Part shown: positions 23,540 through 35,988 of the stretch, piece after piece
Numbering within the stretch: position 1 is the first letter of the stretch
Layout: each line of letters begins with the position of its first letter
Notes under the pieces: model-generated
Told to the model about the DNA's origin: nothing
The model's input: only the letters and a program-made list of their open reading frames with translations
Databases searched by the model: none
DNA from: Leucoraja ocellata
Taxonomy: Eukaryota
Length of the DNA: 64,000 bases
Assembly (NCBI GenBank): GCA_036785375.1
Contig: JAWMAR010000074.1
Span: forward strand, 7,068,001-7,132,000
Direction of reading: 5' to 3'
Made by a program: the position numbers and the translations under genes

Positions 23540-23835
23540 TAATATATACAGTACAGTAAAAACCAGACCCCACCACCATGGTACACAACAAACTATAAAC
23601 TATTATTCAACTATCTTACACTCCTTGTCAAGGATGTTTTCAACTCCCCGCAGTGCCCAGCGGTCCCAGAAACCCCTTAGGGCACCCGTGGGCAGCGCAT
23701 AGTCCCTCTCTAACACCACCCGGGCACAGACGTAACCCCAGGAAAGGGTCTGCCAGCCGGTGTAAGGCAAAGCCCCCTTCTGCCTGGTGCCATGACTCGT
23801 GGATGGCCAACTCGTCCAGGCCTGGTAACCAGGTT
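23540..23835 (-). mobile_element. Tx1/L1-type LINE 3' end
   Basis: C-terminus GYVCARVVLERDYALPTGALRGFWDRWA..ILDKECKIVE*, homologous to 55266-55470. Confidence 0.6.
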
Positions 23836-23859
23836 TTTGTAAAATCAAAAAATATATAT

Positions 23860-24398
23860 TGTAGCGGCGCCTACTGGCGCACGCAGGTATCGAACCCAGT
23901 GTTTCGAAGCCGCGGTCACGTAACTCAGGTTGGGCTGCTTGGTTTCGCGCGGTTTTGCTTTCGCGTGGCAGCTCAGCACTGACCACCGATGTGGCCAGAC
24001 GTGTCTAGAGAACCTGTGTACTGAAAAGTGAATTTTCGATTAAAGATTTGTTTAAAAGTTCAGTGTCGTTCTTGCGACCGCCAAATTGGTGACCCCGACC
24101 TGTCCAGCCATCGTTAGACAAGAGAAATATGCAGGAAGAAAGTGTTCCTGTAGATTCGACCGGCACGAGGCAGGGCTCACCGGCTTTCAAATTGCCATCG
24201 TTTTGGCCTGACCAACCTCAGGTGTGGTTCGCCCACGTTGAGGCACAGTTTCACCTCCATCACATCGTAGCGGGCGACACAATGTATTTCCATGTGGTGG
24301 GGGCATTGCCGCAGGACTGTGCCTTGAGGCTGTTGCCCTACATCAGGGAACCGCCGACCATCACCAGATACGAAGGGCTGAAGGCCCTGCTGCTCCAC
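23860..24398 (+). mobile_element. Gypsy (CsRn1-like) 5' LTR, tRNA-Trp PBS and gag start, truncated
   Basis: LTR TG..CA at 23860-24083 with ATTAAA. PBS TGGTGACCCCGAC (24087-24099) is complementary to the tRNA-Trp 3' end. Gag start FKLPSFWPDQPQVWFAHVEAQF. Confidence 0.85.
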
Positions 24399-25554
24399 TA
24401 AATACTAAATAAACTACTAATCAACTATGTGCCCAGCGGTCCCGGAAATTCCTCAGAGTGCCGTGGTCCCGAACCCTGCTTTATAACTAAATATTGATAG
24501 AAGTTACACCCTGAACTGCCTCTAACTCATTGGTCCATGTTGTCAATAACAAGGCTCTATTTTAAGCATCAAAGTAAATTGAGTGACCCACTGGTGACAT
24601 ATGCAAATCATTTATCGGTTTTAAAGCAAGCCAAGCTGATAGACTGCGTTTCATTTTGATGCTGTATAAATAAGTGCTGGCATTTCTTCTGCTCTACAGG
24701 AAAAGTGTTTTGGAGCATCAATCTGGGTCTGTTGGATTTACAAATATAGTTTCTAGCCAATCATTGAATCTGGTTGGATCTACTAGCTTGGGCCTGTTAG
24801 ATATTTCTTAATTTGCTTCATTCTGGGCTTGTTGAATTTGTTAATGTATCTCAGATGGAATCTGTGGGAGTGCAAATTCCAAATTTGTGGATTCCAAATT
24901 TTGGCAAGCACCTGTTAAGGCTTTGGATTGCTGGAATTGTGTGAATGATTATATTTCATTGTTGGGTAACATTTAAGAGCAAAGAACACATGGCAAGTGC
25001 AGTTCAATACTCTTTAATTGAGTTATTTAATATTCCAACAATAAACAATTCTTTTAGGATAACATAATATTTAACTTCAAAGAATTTTGTACTGATGCAG
25101 AGATATTTATAGCTGACAAAGCAATTGCAATTTAACCTTGTGCAAATAATTTTTTGTAGTATTATATGTTCACAAACTAATTTGCAGATTATGAGAAGCA
25201 AATGAATTTAGCATTCATTGATGGGAACGTACTAAAACCTTTGAACAGTTTAAATCACGAGAAGAAATGTCTATTTTTCAATGTAATTATAGGCTTAATC
25301 GGAGTAATCTTTTGATAATCAGTGAAATTTGTATGTAATTTGCCTATGGTATGCAAATATTTTTTAAATGTGGTCAAATTTATCGAGGAGGAATTAAATA
25401 TTGTCAGATTTAAGACATAAAATAGTATTGGACAAGAAAAGACCATTTGTTTCATGATGTCTATCATATCCTTTAATTATGTAGGGCATATTTTGATATG
25501 AGTTCTGAACAACCAGTTCCTTTGTGAAATGTAGAAACAGTCAAAATGTAGAGA

Positions 25555-26135
25555 ATCAGTCTGAAGAAGGGACCTAACCTCAAATATCACCTATCCATGT
25601 ACTCCAGGGCTAGAAATATAGAAAATAGTTGCAGGAGTAGGCCATTCGGCCTTTTTGAGCCAGTACCACCATTCAATATGATCATGGCTGATCATCCAAA
25701 ATCAGTATCCCGTTCCTGCTTTCTCCCCATATCCCTTGATTCAGTTAGCCCTCAGAGCTATATCTAACTCTCTCTTGAAAACATCCAGTGAACTGGCCTC
25801 CACTGCCTTCTGTGGTAGAGAATTCCACAGATTCACAACTCTCTGAGTGAAAAGGTTTTCCTCCTAAATGGCATACCCCTTATTTTTAAACTGTGACCCC
25901 TAGTTCTGGACTCCCCTAACATTGGGAACATTTGTGGGTGGGACTAAGGGGAAAAAAATTTCTTCGGCATGGACTTGTAGGGCCGAGATGGCCTGTTTCC
26001 GTGCTGTAATTGTTATATGGTTATATGGTTATATCTTTCTAAATTCCAGTGAATATACTGCAAGCCCAGTCAATCCATTCTTCAGGATGCTGCTTGACCT
26101 GCAGAGTTACTCCAGCACATTGTGTCTTCCTTCAT
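25555..26135. mobile_element. Degenerate Penelope-derived element interrupted by a CR1 3' end (-), itself holding a short + strand LINE tail
   Basis: cagtctgaagaaggg at ~25557, CR1 at 25611-26078, (GGTTATAT)n tail at ~26010-26033, PLE body resumes at ~26085. Confidence 0.65.
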
Positions 26136-26545
26136 AAAATGTGTTTGTTTTAAATAAACATCTCATTCTTTTGTTTAGAAATCATAGATGTACTTTGCTT
26201 CAAGAACAAATTAAGACAAAAAGCCCATTTTATAACCAGCTTCTGGTTCATGAAATAAAGAATTAATTATCATAGTTCTTGAAGATATCCCAAAGAATAA
26301 CCCAATAAGTTTTCGGCATAATGAAAAGACCTTAACAAAGCAAACAATAGTCATGGTAATAACACAAACATTTCTTTTCTTTTACGTTTTTCTTTTTATG
26401 GGGTCTGGAAAATGGCACTGATGAACCACAACTAAAGTTTAATGTAAATTTATAATAATCTCAAATGAAACAGGAAGGCTGGAAATTGTTAGCAAGTTGT
26501 GGAACATCTGTGATGAAAGAAATAGTTAATGTGTCCAGTTAATGT

Positions 26546-26853
26546 GGGTGACATGGTGCAGTAGCGATAGTGCCACTGCCTTACAGCGTCAGAGACCCGT
26601 GTTTGAACCTGACTACGGGTGTTGTCTGTACGGAGTTTGTACCTTCTCCCCATGACCTGCATGGGTTTTTTTCCGAGATCTTCGGTTTCCTCCCACACTC
26701 CAAAGACATACAGGTTTGTAGGTTATTTGGCTTGGTGTAAAAAAATGTTAAATTGTCCCTGGTGTGTGTCGGATAGTGTTAATCGTGGGGATCGCTGGTT
26801 AGTGCGGACTCTGTGGGCCGAAGAGTCTGTTTTTGCGTTGTATCTCTAAACTA
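26546..26853 (+). mobile_element. V-SINE (HE1-like)
   Basis: Same organisation as 1606. Confidence 0.85.
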
Positions 26854-28571
26854 ATTACCCCTCAGTGGCTCTGATTTCCAGTTTCTGCAGTATTTTGCTA
26901 TGTAATTTCCATCTTGCCAGATATTTATATTTTTCTCCAATCACAGTCTTCATCAAAATGTATATGCCAACTACTTGGTAACTTAATAAAATCCCAATTT
27001 TTTGTCCTTAGCTATAGTCCATATAATTTATGTGGTTCAACACCCACTCCTCATCACATATTTCCAGTACGGAAAGTTTTGCCTTTTACCATCAATATGC
27101 AAATACCCTCCTTCACAATATGCCAGTAAAACCAGCAATTTTCCATTATATAGCATTTATCAGCAAACCATAATTCATCTCACTTTGACAGGATGATATC
27201 ATTGAACTTTTTAAGTACCACTATTTTATCTCCTTTTATCCTACTTACTTTCTCTACCGCTGTAACAAATTGGAAAAGGCAAAATGCCAGTGCAGAGGCA
27301 TTGAAGGAACTGTATGTTCTTTTGCAGGTTGGCTCACAAAGACTTTCTTCAAAATAAAAAGCAAAGAACAGATACACATCGTTAAACTAGATTGCGAATT
27401 TACAAAACTGTTTTATTGCACAATTTTAGATTTACAACAGTTTTTGTTTTGCCAGTATTTCTCCATATGGTAACTTGGTGTGTTGTTCAAAGCCAGGTCC
27501 TTCTGCTGTGTTGAAGTGGGGTGAAGCCAGTAGATCTGGGTTTGGTATCATTGCTAATGCTGAAATGACCCTCTTTTCAGGTAGGTTAGACCCTGGGAGG
27601 AATCTTTCTCTCTTGCCTTCCCAGATGTTGGTATGTGTAGAGCCAGGTATCTTAGTGTTATTATTAGGGGAGAAAACAACATTGTGATGCAGGAGTGAGC
27701 CACATCATTCTTATTGCTCAGAAGCCAGGAGTTAGTGAGAATCAGTCAACATTGATAAATAAAAATTACTAGGTCATTATCAGACTGGCTGAGGTAATAT
27801 TTTCTTCATTTCAAAGATACTTAATCAACTGAAAAGTACATTGGAATATCCTAAGAATGACGCAAAAGGCACTAGGTTAGTTTTCTTAATGTACATTGAC
27901 AATATATCAAAGCCTTTTGAGATAGTCCTATAAACAGCATGCAACGTTGCAGAGTAGATCACCTACAACATGAGTTTACAGGTATACAAGCAGGAGGTGC
28001 TTTTAGAAAAACCTTCTGCCATTTACACCTTTGATCTTGTGCTTGACCCTATAAGAAATCCGTATTGGATAATCAATATTTAACTTATTTTTTCTAGTGG
28101 TGTGAGAAAAAAGTGTGATTGATTTTCAAGACCAAAAATTCTATCATACCATTTTACATTTAGATTTTAACGAGCCTCTTCATATTTTTTGCTAAGGTCT
28201 TTGTGCATCTTAAATATTATCAAGGCAGATTACAGAAATACTTATGGTAAACTCTACTGTTTCAACGATTACAAGTTATAGGAGTGGAATTAGGCCATTT
28301 GGCCCATTGAGTCTACTCCACCATTCAATTATGGGTGATCTCTGCCTCCTAATTCAATTTTCCTGCCTTCTCCCCATAACCCTTGACATCTGTTCTAATC
28401 AAGAAATTATGTGGACTGGGAGTACCTGTGGCTGGGATTTATTTTCTCTTTAAGTGAAGAAAATACCTACAGTCATTGCAAGATTGAGCATTTTATGCCA
28501 ACAGTCCGTCACATAAATAGTCCAATAGTCAAATTATTGGTAATTGCCAAACTAACAATGCACTGTTTAAG

Positions 28572-28705
28572 GTAGACAAAAATGCTGAAACTCAGCGGGT
28601 GAGGCAGCATCTATGGAGCGAAGGATAGGTGACGTTTCGAGTCGAGACCCTTCTTCAGACTGAAGGGCCTCGACCCGAAACATTACCTATTCCTCCGCTC
28701 CATAG

Positions 28706-28737
<32 letters not shown>

Positions 28738-29761
28738 TTTATTTATAGAGCACTTTAAAAACAAACATAGCTGCAACAAAGTGCTGTACATCACTAATCA
28801 TTGACAAAAAAGTTAATACGCACCAAAAATAACAATCAAAAGAAATAGTAGGAAAAGACATGTAAAATAAAGAAACATCAAAAACACCACAAACAGAAGC
28901 AAAGCCTCAGGCACGGTCAAAAGCCAGGGAGTACAAATGCGTTTTAACACTGGATTTGAAGATGGACAGTGAGGGGGCCTGTCTGATGTGCAACGGCAGG
29001 GTGTTCCAGATTGCCGGAGCAGCAACAGAGAAGGCTCTATCCCCTCTGAGCCTCCGACTAGACCTCGGTACCTCCAGGAGCAGCTGACCAGCTGACCTGA
29101 GGGACCGGGCAGGAGCGTATGGGTGGAGCAGCTCAGAGAGGTAAGGCGGGGCGAGCCCATTCAGAGATTTAAAAACAAATAACAGTATCTTAAAATGAAC
29201 CCGAAAGTGCACCGGGAGCCAGTGTAGGGAGGCCAGAATTGGCGATATGTGCTCCCTCTTTCGAGTCCCTGTTAAAAGGCGAGCAGCAGCATTCTGAACC
29301 AACTGGAGACGAGCCAGTGAAGAACGAGCAACACCAAAATAGAGCGCGTTACAGTAATCCAGCCTAGATGTAATAAAGGCATGGATTACTGTCTCAAAAT
29401 GCTGCCGCTCGAGAATGGGCTTCACCTTCGCCAGCTTCCTTAGGTGAAAGAAGCTGGACTTAACCACCGCGCATATTTGGCGATCTAATTTAAAGTCACT
29501 GTCCATCCTAAAACCCAGGTTCACAACTGTTGGCTTCACGTACCTTGACAATGGACCTAAATCAACAAATGGAGGTTCACGGCAGCCATTGGGATCAAAT
29601 AAAATCACCTCTGTCTTCTTTTCATTAAATCCAAGAAAGTTTAGGGCCAACCAGGACTTAATGTCATCAAGACAAGACACAAGCCTCACCCGCTGAGTTT
29701 CTCCAGCATTTTTGTCTACCTTTGATTTTTCCAGCATTTGCAGTTCTTTCTTAAACTTATC
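28572..29761. mobile_element. Penelope-derived palindromic retroposon split by an L2 insertion
   Basis: Left part 28572-28707, right part 29683-29761, 11-bp TSD cactgtttaag (28561-28571, 29762-29772). Minus strand 28628-28661 reads agtCTGAAGAagggtctcgactcGAAACGTCacc. Confidence 0.8.
28708..29682 (-). mobile_element. L2-clade LINE 3' portion (young)
   Basis: [46 protein letters not shown] and (ATT)n tail. Near-identical to 38422-39110. Confidence 0.92.
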
Positions 29762-29908
29762 CACTGTTTAAGATGCTTTTAAGTTTCTGCTCCATTAAAT
29801 CGAAGTATTTCCCAACAATGTCCTGAAAGTGGCCTCTGATCAACCCTTCATGGAACACTGAACAAGATTTAGCTATTTTGAGATCAAATTTATATGGATC
29901 TTATCCTA

Positions 29909-30203
29909 GGTGGCATGGTGGCGCAGTGGTGAAGTTGCTGCCTTACAGCCCCAGGGTTCGGTCCTGACAACGGGTGCTGTCTGTATGGAGTTTATACGTT
30001 GTCCTCTGATCTGCATGGGTGTTTTTCTGAGACCTTCGGTTTCCTCCCACATTCCAAAGAGGTATAGGTTTGTAGGCTAATTGGCATGATATATTTGTAA
30101 ATTATCCCTAGTGTGTATAGAATAATGTTAGTGTGTATGGATCACTGTTGGGTGCAGACTCGGTTGGCTGTAGGGCCTGTTTCCGTGCTATATTTCTAAG
30201 CTA
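29909..30203 (+). mobile_element. V-SINE (HE1-like)
   Basis: A-box tggcgcagtgg, V domain and tail. Confidence 0.83.
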
Positions 30204-31085
30204 GTAACTATTTCTTTATTGTATTTAGCATCATGGCTTTTAAGATAACATTGAAGATAGGCAATGATTCATGGTAGTATTATCTGCAATTTGAAACAAT
30301 CATTGGTGGATGTTAATTGCACAAAGATTCTTCACATTTTATACCTGTGAAACTAAACAAATACAGTCAAGATCCATGTTTCTAACTATAAGATCACATG
30401 ACAAACTAGTTGAGTCTTGCTCATTCCTAAAATGAATTAATTTTGTTTCCTGAATTTTCTCCCGACTGAAGAATTATTATCACAGGCCAATTGGAGAATG
30501 GTGGAACATATCTCAGAATCGGTGTCTATTCATAGCTAAATTGGAACAAAAAGCTGAACAACCTTTTGCCTGATAATTTTCTACTAACTTGAATGATTTT
30601 ATTAATTGGTCTTTGAAGTAAATATTTGTTTACTAATGCATGTCAACTTCCACTTAGAACATAATTATTTCCAGTTTATGATTATGAACAAATGATTGAT
30701 TTCTGCACAAAGCTATTTGAGCACAATAATCAATTAAATGAGTAATTGCACAAATTGGAAATAATCAGCTCTTCCATCAGTGCAACTATAATTAGGAATG
30801 AGAGGAATACTAAAGCCAAGAATCTATCTGAAATTAGTTTGTGTACTCGAAATACATTGCAGTTAAAATGTAATCAACTCTATTTTATCATATAATTATT
30901 CATGGTTTGGAAATAAACTGGGTCAATATTGAGAGAAGACTCGTGACCAACCAATCGCACTCTCCATTTGACCATGTTCTCACCCAGACCAGCTGCTACA
31001 GCCACAAGTGTTTCTACTCGTTTGACAGCAGTAACAATTTGCAGTGGCCAATTAACTGCCTGCCACCACCCCCCAAACATTAAAC

Positions 31086-32245
31086 AGAGAAACATAGAAA
31101 GATAGAAAGTAGGTGCAGCAGTGGGCCATTCGGCCCTTTGAGCCAGCACCGCCATTCAATATGACCATGGCTGATCATCTAAAATCAGTTCCTGCTTTTT
31201 CCCCATATCCTTTGATTCCTTTAGACCTAATAGCTAAATCTAACTCTCTCTTGAAAACATCCAGTTAATTGGCCTCCACTGCCTTCTGTGGCAGAGAATT
31301 CCACAGATTCACAACTCTCAAGGTGAAGAAGTTTGTCCTCATCTCAGTCCTAAATGGCCTACCTCTTATTCTTAAACTGTGACCCCTGGTTCTGGACTCC
31401 CCCAACATTTGGAACATTTTTCCTACATGTAGGCTGTCCAATCCTTTAAGAATTTATACGAATCCCTCTCATCCTTCTAAATTCCAATGAATACAAGCCC
31501 AGTCAACCCATTCTATCATCATATGTCAGTCCTCCCATCCCGGGAATTACCATAGAAACATAGAAAATAGGTGCAGGAGTAGGCCATTCGGCCCTTCGAG
31601 CCTGCACTGCCATTCAATATGATCATGGCTGATCATCCAACTCAGTATCCTGTACCTGCCTTCTCTCCATACCCCATGATCCCCTTAGCCACAAGGGCCA
31701 CATCTAACTCCCTCTTAAATATAGCCAATGAACTTGCCTCAACTACCTTCTGTGGCAGAAAATTCCAGAGATTCACCACTCCCTGTGTGAATCTATTCTA
31801 TTGCTCAACAAATGTTTTTCTCATCTCGGTCCTAAAAGACTTCCCCCTTATCCTTAAACTGGACCCCTTGTTCTGGATTTCCCCAACATCGGGAACAATC
31901 TTCCTGCATCTAGCCTGTCCAACCCCTTAAGAATTTTGTAAGTTTCTATAAGATCTCCCCTCAATCTTCTAAATTCTAGCGAGTACAAGCCAAGTCTATC
32001 GAGTCTTTCTTCATATGAAAGTCCTGACATCCCAGGAATCAGTCTGGTGAACCTTCTCTGTACTCCCTCTATGGCAAGAATGTATTTCCTCAGATTAGGA
32101 GACCAAAACTGTACTCAATACTCCTGGTGTGGTCTCACCAAGACCCTGTGCAACTGCAGTAGAACCTCCCTGTTCCTATACTCAAATCCTGGTGAACCTA
32201 CACTGCACTCCCTCAATAGCAATAATGTCCTTCCTCAAATTAGAA
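31086..32245 (-). mobile_element. Two nested CR1 3' ends (older 31086-31550 resuming ~32189; younger 31551-32188)
   Basis: Two (CATAGAAA)n tails and duplicated ORF2 C-terminal sequence. Confidence 0.88.
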
Positions 32246-32767
32246 TATTGCACACTATTCTCACACTCACAGAATCATTCCTCACACCCAAAAGCACAAA
32301 CTCTTACATTCAGATCACTGTCCATGCTGGAGGCTCACAGTATTGAAGAGGCCATCGTGTTTATGGTATGGTTTCATTGCTGTCCTGATGTTACTCCACA
32401 AATTGAATATACTGCTCAATGCAATTAGGTAGTGATTAAATAAATAATGCAACCATCTCAAAGATATTAAACTAAAAATCAGAACAAATAAATCAAACAT
32501 TATGCGGAGGCTAAAACTTATTTATTCCAAGTTGTTAACTCTAGAAATGAGCAAGTCAACACAAATGATAGCTGTTCTTGCTGCACTTAGTTTGCTATCT
32601 ATTGCTCAACAATTGTTTCTGTTAGTAATCCTGATGTAGAATGTCTGACAATGTTGTAAGAATTGTTGCTTACTGTGGCTCGCATCAGTGGATGGCGAGA
32701 TATGCTGATAAGATTGCTGAAAACACATATTGCAAGCAACAGCATTGGGTGTAAAAATATCAACCGT

Positions 32768-33425
32768 GTGGGGCAACTGGAACAGCTGCTGCCTCACAGC
32801 ACTAGTGGCCTGGATTCATTCCTGGCCATGGGCACTGTCATAGAGTCATATAGTGTAGAAACAGGCCTCTTTGGCCCAACTTGCCCACACCGACCAACAT
32901 GTCCCATCTACACTAGTCCCACCTGCCTGCATTTGGCCCATATCCCTCTAAACCTGTCCTATCCATGTACCTTAAATGTTGTGACACAACCTGGCTCAAC
33001 TTCTTCCTCTGGCAGATCATTCACCACCCTTTGCGTGAAAAGGTTACTCCTCAGGTTTCTATTAAATCTTTTCCCCCTCACCTTAAACCCATGTCCTCTG
33101 GATCTCGATTCCACTACTCTGTGCATCCACCCGATATATTCCTCTCATGTGAATCTGCTCAGAATTTGCATGTTCTCCATGTTACTGTGTGGGCTTGTTC
33201 TGGGTGTTCTAGTTTTTCTTTCACATCACAATGACGTGCATGATGGAAGGTTAATATAGGACTGCAAATTGTTACTACTGTGAAGGCATGTGGTATAATC
33301 AGGGGGAGTTCATGTAAATGTGGGGAGAATATTAACATGGGGAAATAGCACTAATGAGCTTGATGGCCATCACAGATTTAGTGGGCTGAAGGGGCTGTTG
33401 CCATGTTGTGCCTCTCTATGACCTT
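32768..33425. mobile_element. Old V-SINE (+) interrupted by a CR1-type 3' tail (-, ~32837-33150)
   Basis: Head gggcaactggaacagctgctgcctcacagc, then gtcatagagtcata tail, then the V domain resumes. Confidence 0.6.
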
Positions 33426-33430
33426 ACATA

Positions 33431-33748
33431 GGGCGGCCACAGTAGTGCAGCGATAGAGTTGCTGCCTTACAGCACTTGCAGCGCCAGAGGGGGTTCGAGC
33501 CCAACTATGAGTGTTGTCTGTTCGGAGTTTGTATGTCCTCCCCGTGACCGCATGGGTTTTTCTCCGAGGACTTCGGTTTCCGCCCACACCCCAAAGATGT
33601 ACAAGTATGTTGGTTAATTGTATAGTGTATGTGTAAAATGGTCCCGAGTGTGCGTGTGTAGGATAGTGTTAATGTGCGGGGATCGCTGGTCGGTGCAGAC
33701 TCGGTGGGCTGAGGGGCCTGTTTCCGTGCTGCATCTCTAAACTAAACT
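33431..33748 (+). mobile_element. V-SINE (HE1-like)
   Basis: gggcggccacagtagtgcagcg head, B-box and (CTAAA)n tail. Confidence 0.87.
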
Positions 33749-33857
33749 ATGTGGCAGGCTGTAATAAATCACCAATAATATATCAGCAGGAATATTGTAC
33801 CAAATTCTCAGCACTGCTCTTTCTAAAATCACATAGAGAATGCACAGGCATTTTATT

Positions 33858-33950
33858 AAGTAGACAAAAATTGCTGGAGAAACTCAGCGGGTGAGGCAGC
33901 ATCTATGGAGAAAAGGAGTAGGCGAAGTTTTGGGTCAAGACCCTTCTTCA
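33858..33950 (-). mobile_element. Penelope-derived single-arm fragment
   Basis: gtagacaaaaattgctggagaaactcagcggg..gacccttcttca. Confidence 0.72.
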
Positions 33951-34983
33951 AGAACATTTATTTTATTAAAGTGGTTTTATTAAAATGGTTTTACTCAAAA
34001 CTTTCTTGAAGAAATGTAACATCACGATGACTCCTGTGAAAGTATGGTCCAGGAGTGTTAAAAGTGGAAAGGGAGTTTTCAGGATGCTATTATGAATCTC
34101 AAGTCTTTGGACTGAGAAGACACAGAAGCATGTATAAGTAGCAGAGCAGATGGACCACCTCAAAAACTACCCACTAGCCACCCACAAGCTGCCCCCTGAG
34201 GACAAGTCTACAGATCTCACGCTGGCCTCATTAGCCTCCTCGGAACACACAATTCCAGAGTGGGCGCAAGTCATCCCCATCTGTCTATGAAAAGAGGAAA
34301 GACTCAAGCTTCACTCTGATCTCAGTAAAATTAGCCAGCCATTTACACAGCTGCAGAAAGGCACACAAGCATTATAATTGATGGGTTAACTTAAATGTAT
34401 TATTGTCAGTCATTTTGATTACAAGTTTAAAATTTTCAGTTGTGCAGCAGATGTGAGCAGAACTGAAGTCCTAAAACAAACCAATCTGGTTCATTGAGTA
34501 AAATGATTTCCTTCAGATGGAGGAGTCATGTCACTGAGAAGAGTAACTTGTATAGGATATGACAAACTGCTCTCCTACTTGAGCCAACAATTGTCCTGTT
34601 CTACAATGTTTCGTCCCCAACAATCAACGCTGTTACTACCATCCATTGCTCATATTGTTGTCATTAATACATTTAGGGGCAGATGGGGCAGGGGTTACCT
34701 CTTAGTTTTCCATTTTTGTTTCTCTCATATATTGCTAGATAGTCATAAAATATTTTTTGACCAAGGTAAAAGACAAGAATTAAAAAAAATATATATGACA
34801 TCCTCAACTCCACAATAAATATTACGTACCAAGAATAGAAAAACATATTTTGTCAGACTTGTAACTCAGCAAGCGCATGTTGGAAGATTGCAGCCTGTGA
34901 TGTGGTCTAGTGACTTCAATTAGATGAATGTACTGCTGGAGTAATTTTTGAAAATATTTATTATACCTCTTGTACCCTGGTAT

Positions 34984-35112
34984 CTGAAGAAGGAGGGTCC
35001 TGACCCGAAACGTCACCCATCCATATCTTCTAGAGATACTGCCTCATACTGAGTAACTCCAGCACTTTGTGTCTTTTTTGTAAACTTCCATCCGTAGTTC
35101 GATGTGTCTACA
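34984..35112 (+). mobile_element. Penelope-derived fragment with hammerhead-like core
   Basis: ctgaagaaggagggtcctgacccGAAACGTCaccc followed by a degenerate family body. Confidence 0.65.
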
Positions 35113-35387
35113 TTTTATTGCAACTAGGGATGGTGGTGAGCCTCACAGTAAATACATTACTGATAAATGTTTTCTAATCCAAACAAAAGCTTCTTGGCTT
35201 GTGTCATAGAATTGTGTTGCTTGATGAGGTGCGAATTATAAAATATTAAAAAAAAATATTGAGGTAGTCGTGTTCCTGAGACCAAATCAAGAATTGAAAC
35301 ACCCAGTGGAAATGAAGAGACTTGAGGGCACAAAGGGTTGCTTATGAGTAGAGAAAGATATTAGAAATTACTCTCACTGAATGATTT

Positions 35388-35988
35388 AGAGCATAGTACA
35401 GTAGAGCACCGGAACAGGCCCTTTGGTCCACAATGTCTGTGCCAAACATGATGCCAAGTTATAGTAATCTCCTCTTCCTGCACTTGATCCATATCCCTCC
35501 ATTCTTTGTCTATCCATGTGCCTATCCTAGAGCCTCCCAAACACCACTATCATATCTTCCTTCACTTCCACTCCAGGTAGCATAATCCAGGCACCCATCA
35601 CTCAGTTTGTAAAAAAACTTGCCCTGCCATTCTCTTTGAACTTTGCCCCTCACATTAAAGCTATACACACTAGTCATTGATATTTCCACCCAGAGACGAA
35701 TATTTTAACTGTTTATGCCTAATATAATATTGTATACTTCAATCAGGTCCCCCTCAACCTACGATATTCCAGAGAATACAATTGAAGCTTATCCAACCAT
35801 CACCTTTTAGCTAATGGCCTCCAATTTAGGCAGCATTCTAGTAACCCTCTTCTGCACCCTATGCCGTTCCCCACGTCCTTCCACATCCTTCTTGCAATGT
35901 GGCAACCAGAACTGCACACAATTCTCCTGCTGCGGTCTAACCAAAGTCATGTAAAGATGCAACATGTCTTCCTGACTCTTATACTCAT
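35388..35988 (-). mobile_element. Old CR1 3' end (resumes 37665-37710 after the L2 insertion)
   Basis: Homologous to 11362-12200. Confidence 0.75.

Noticed and set aside
27407-27690. Open frames on both strands in unique sequence
   Set aside because: No recognisable protein similarity and no convincing splice-site pair.
28907-29764. 285-aa ORF as a gene
   Set aside because: Chance in-frame fusion of the Penelope-derived palindrome with an L2 RT C-terminus.
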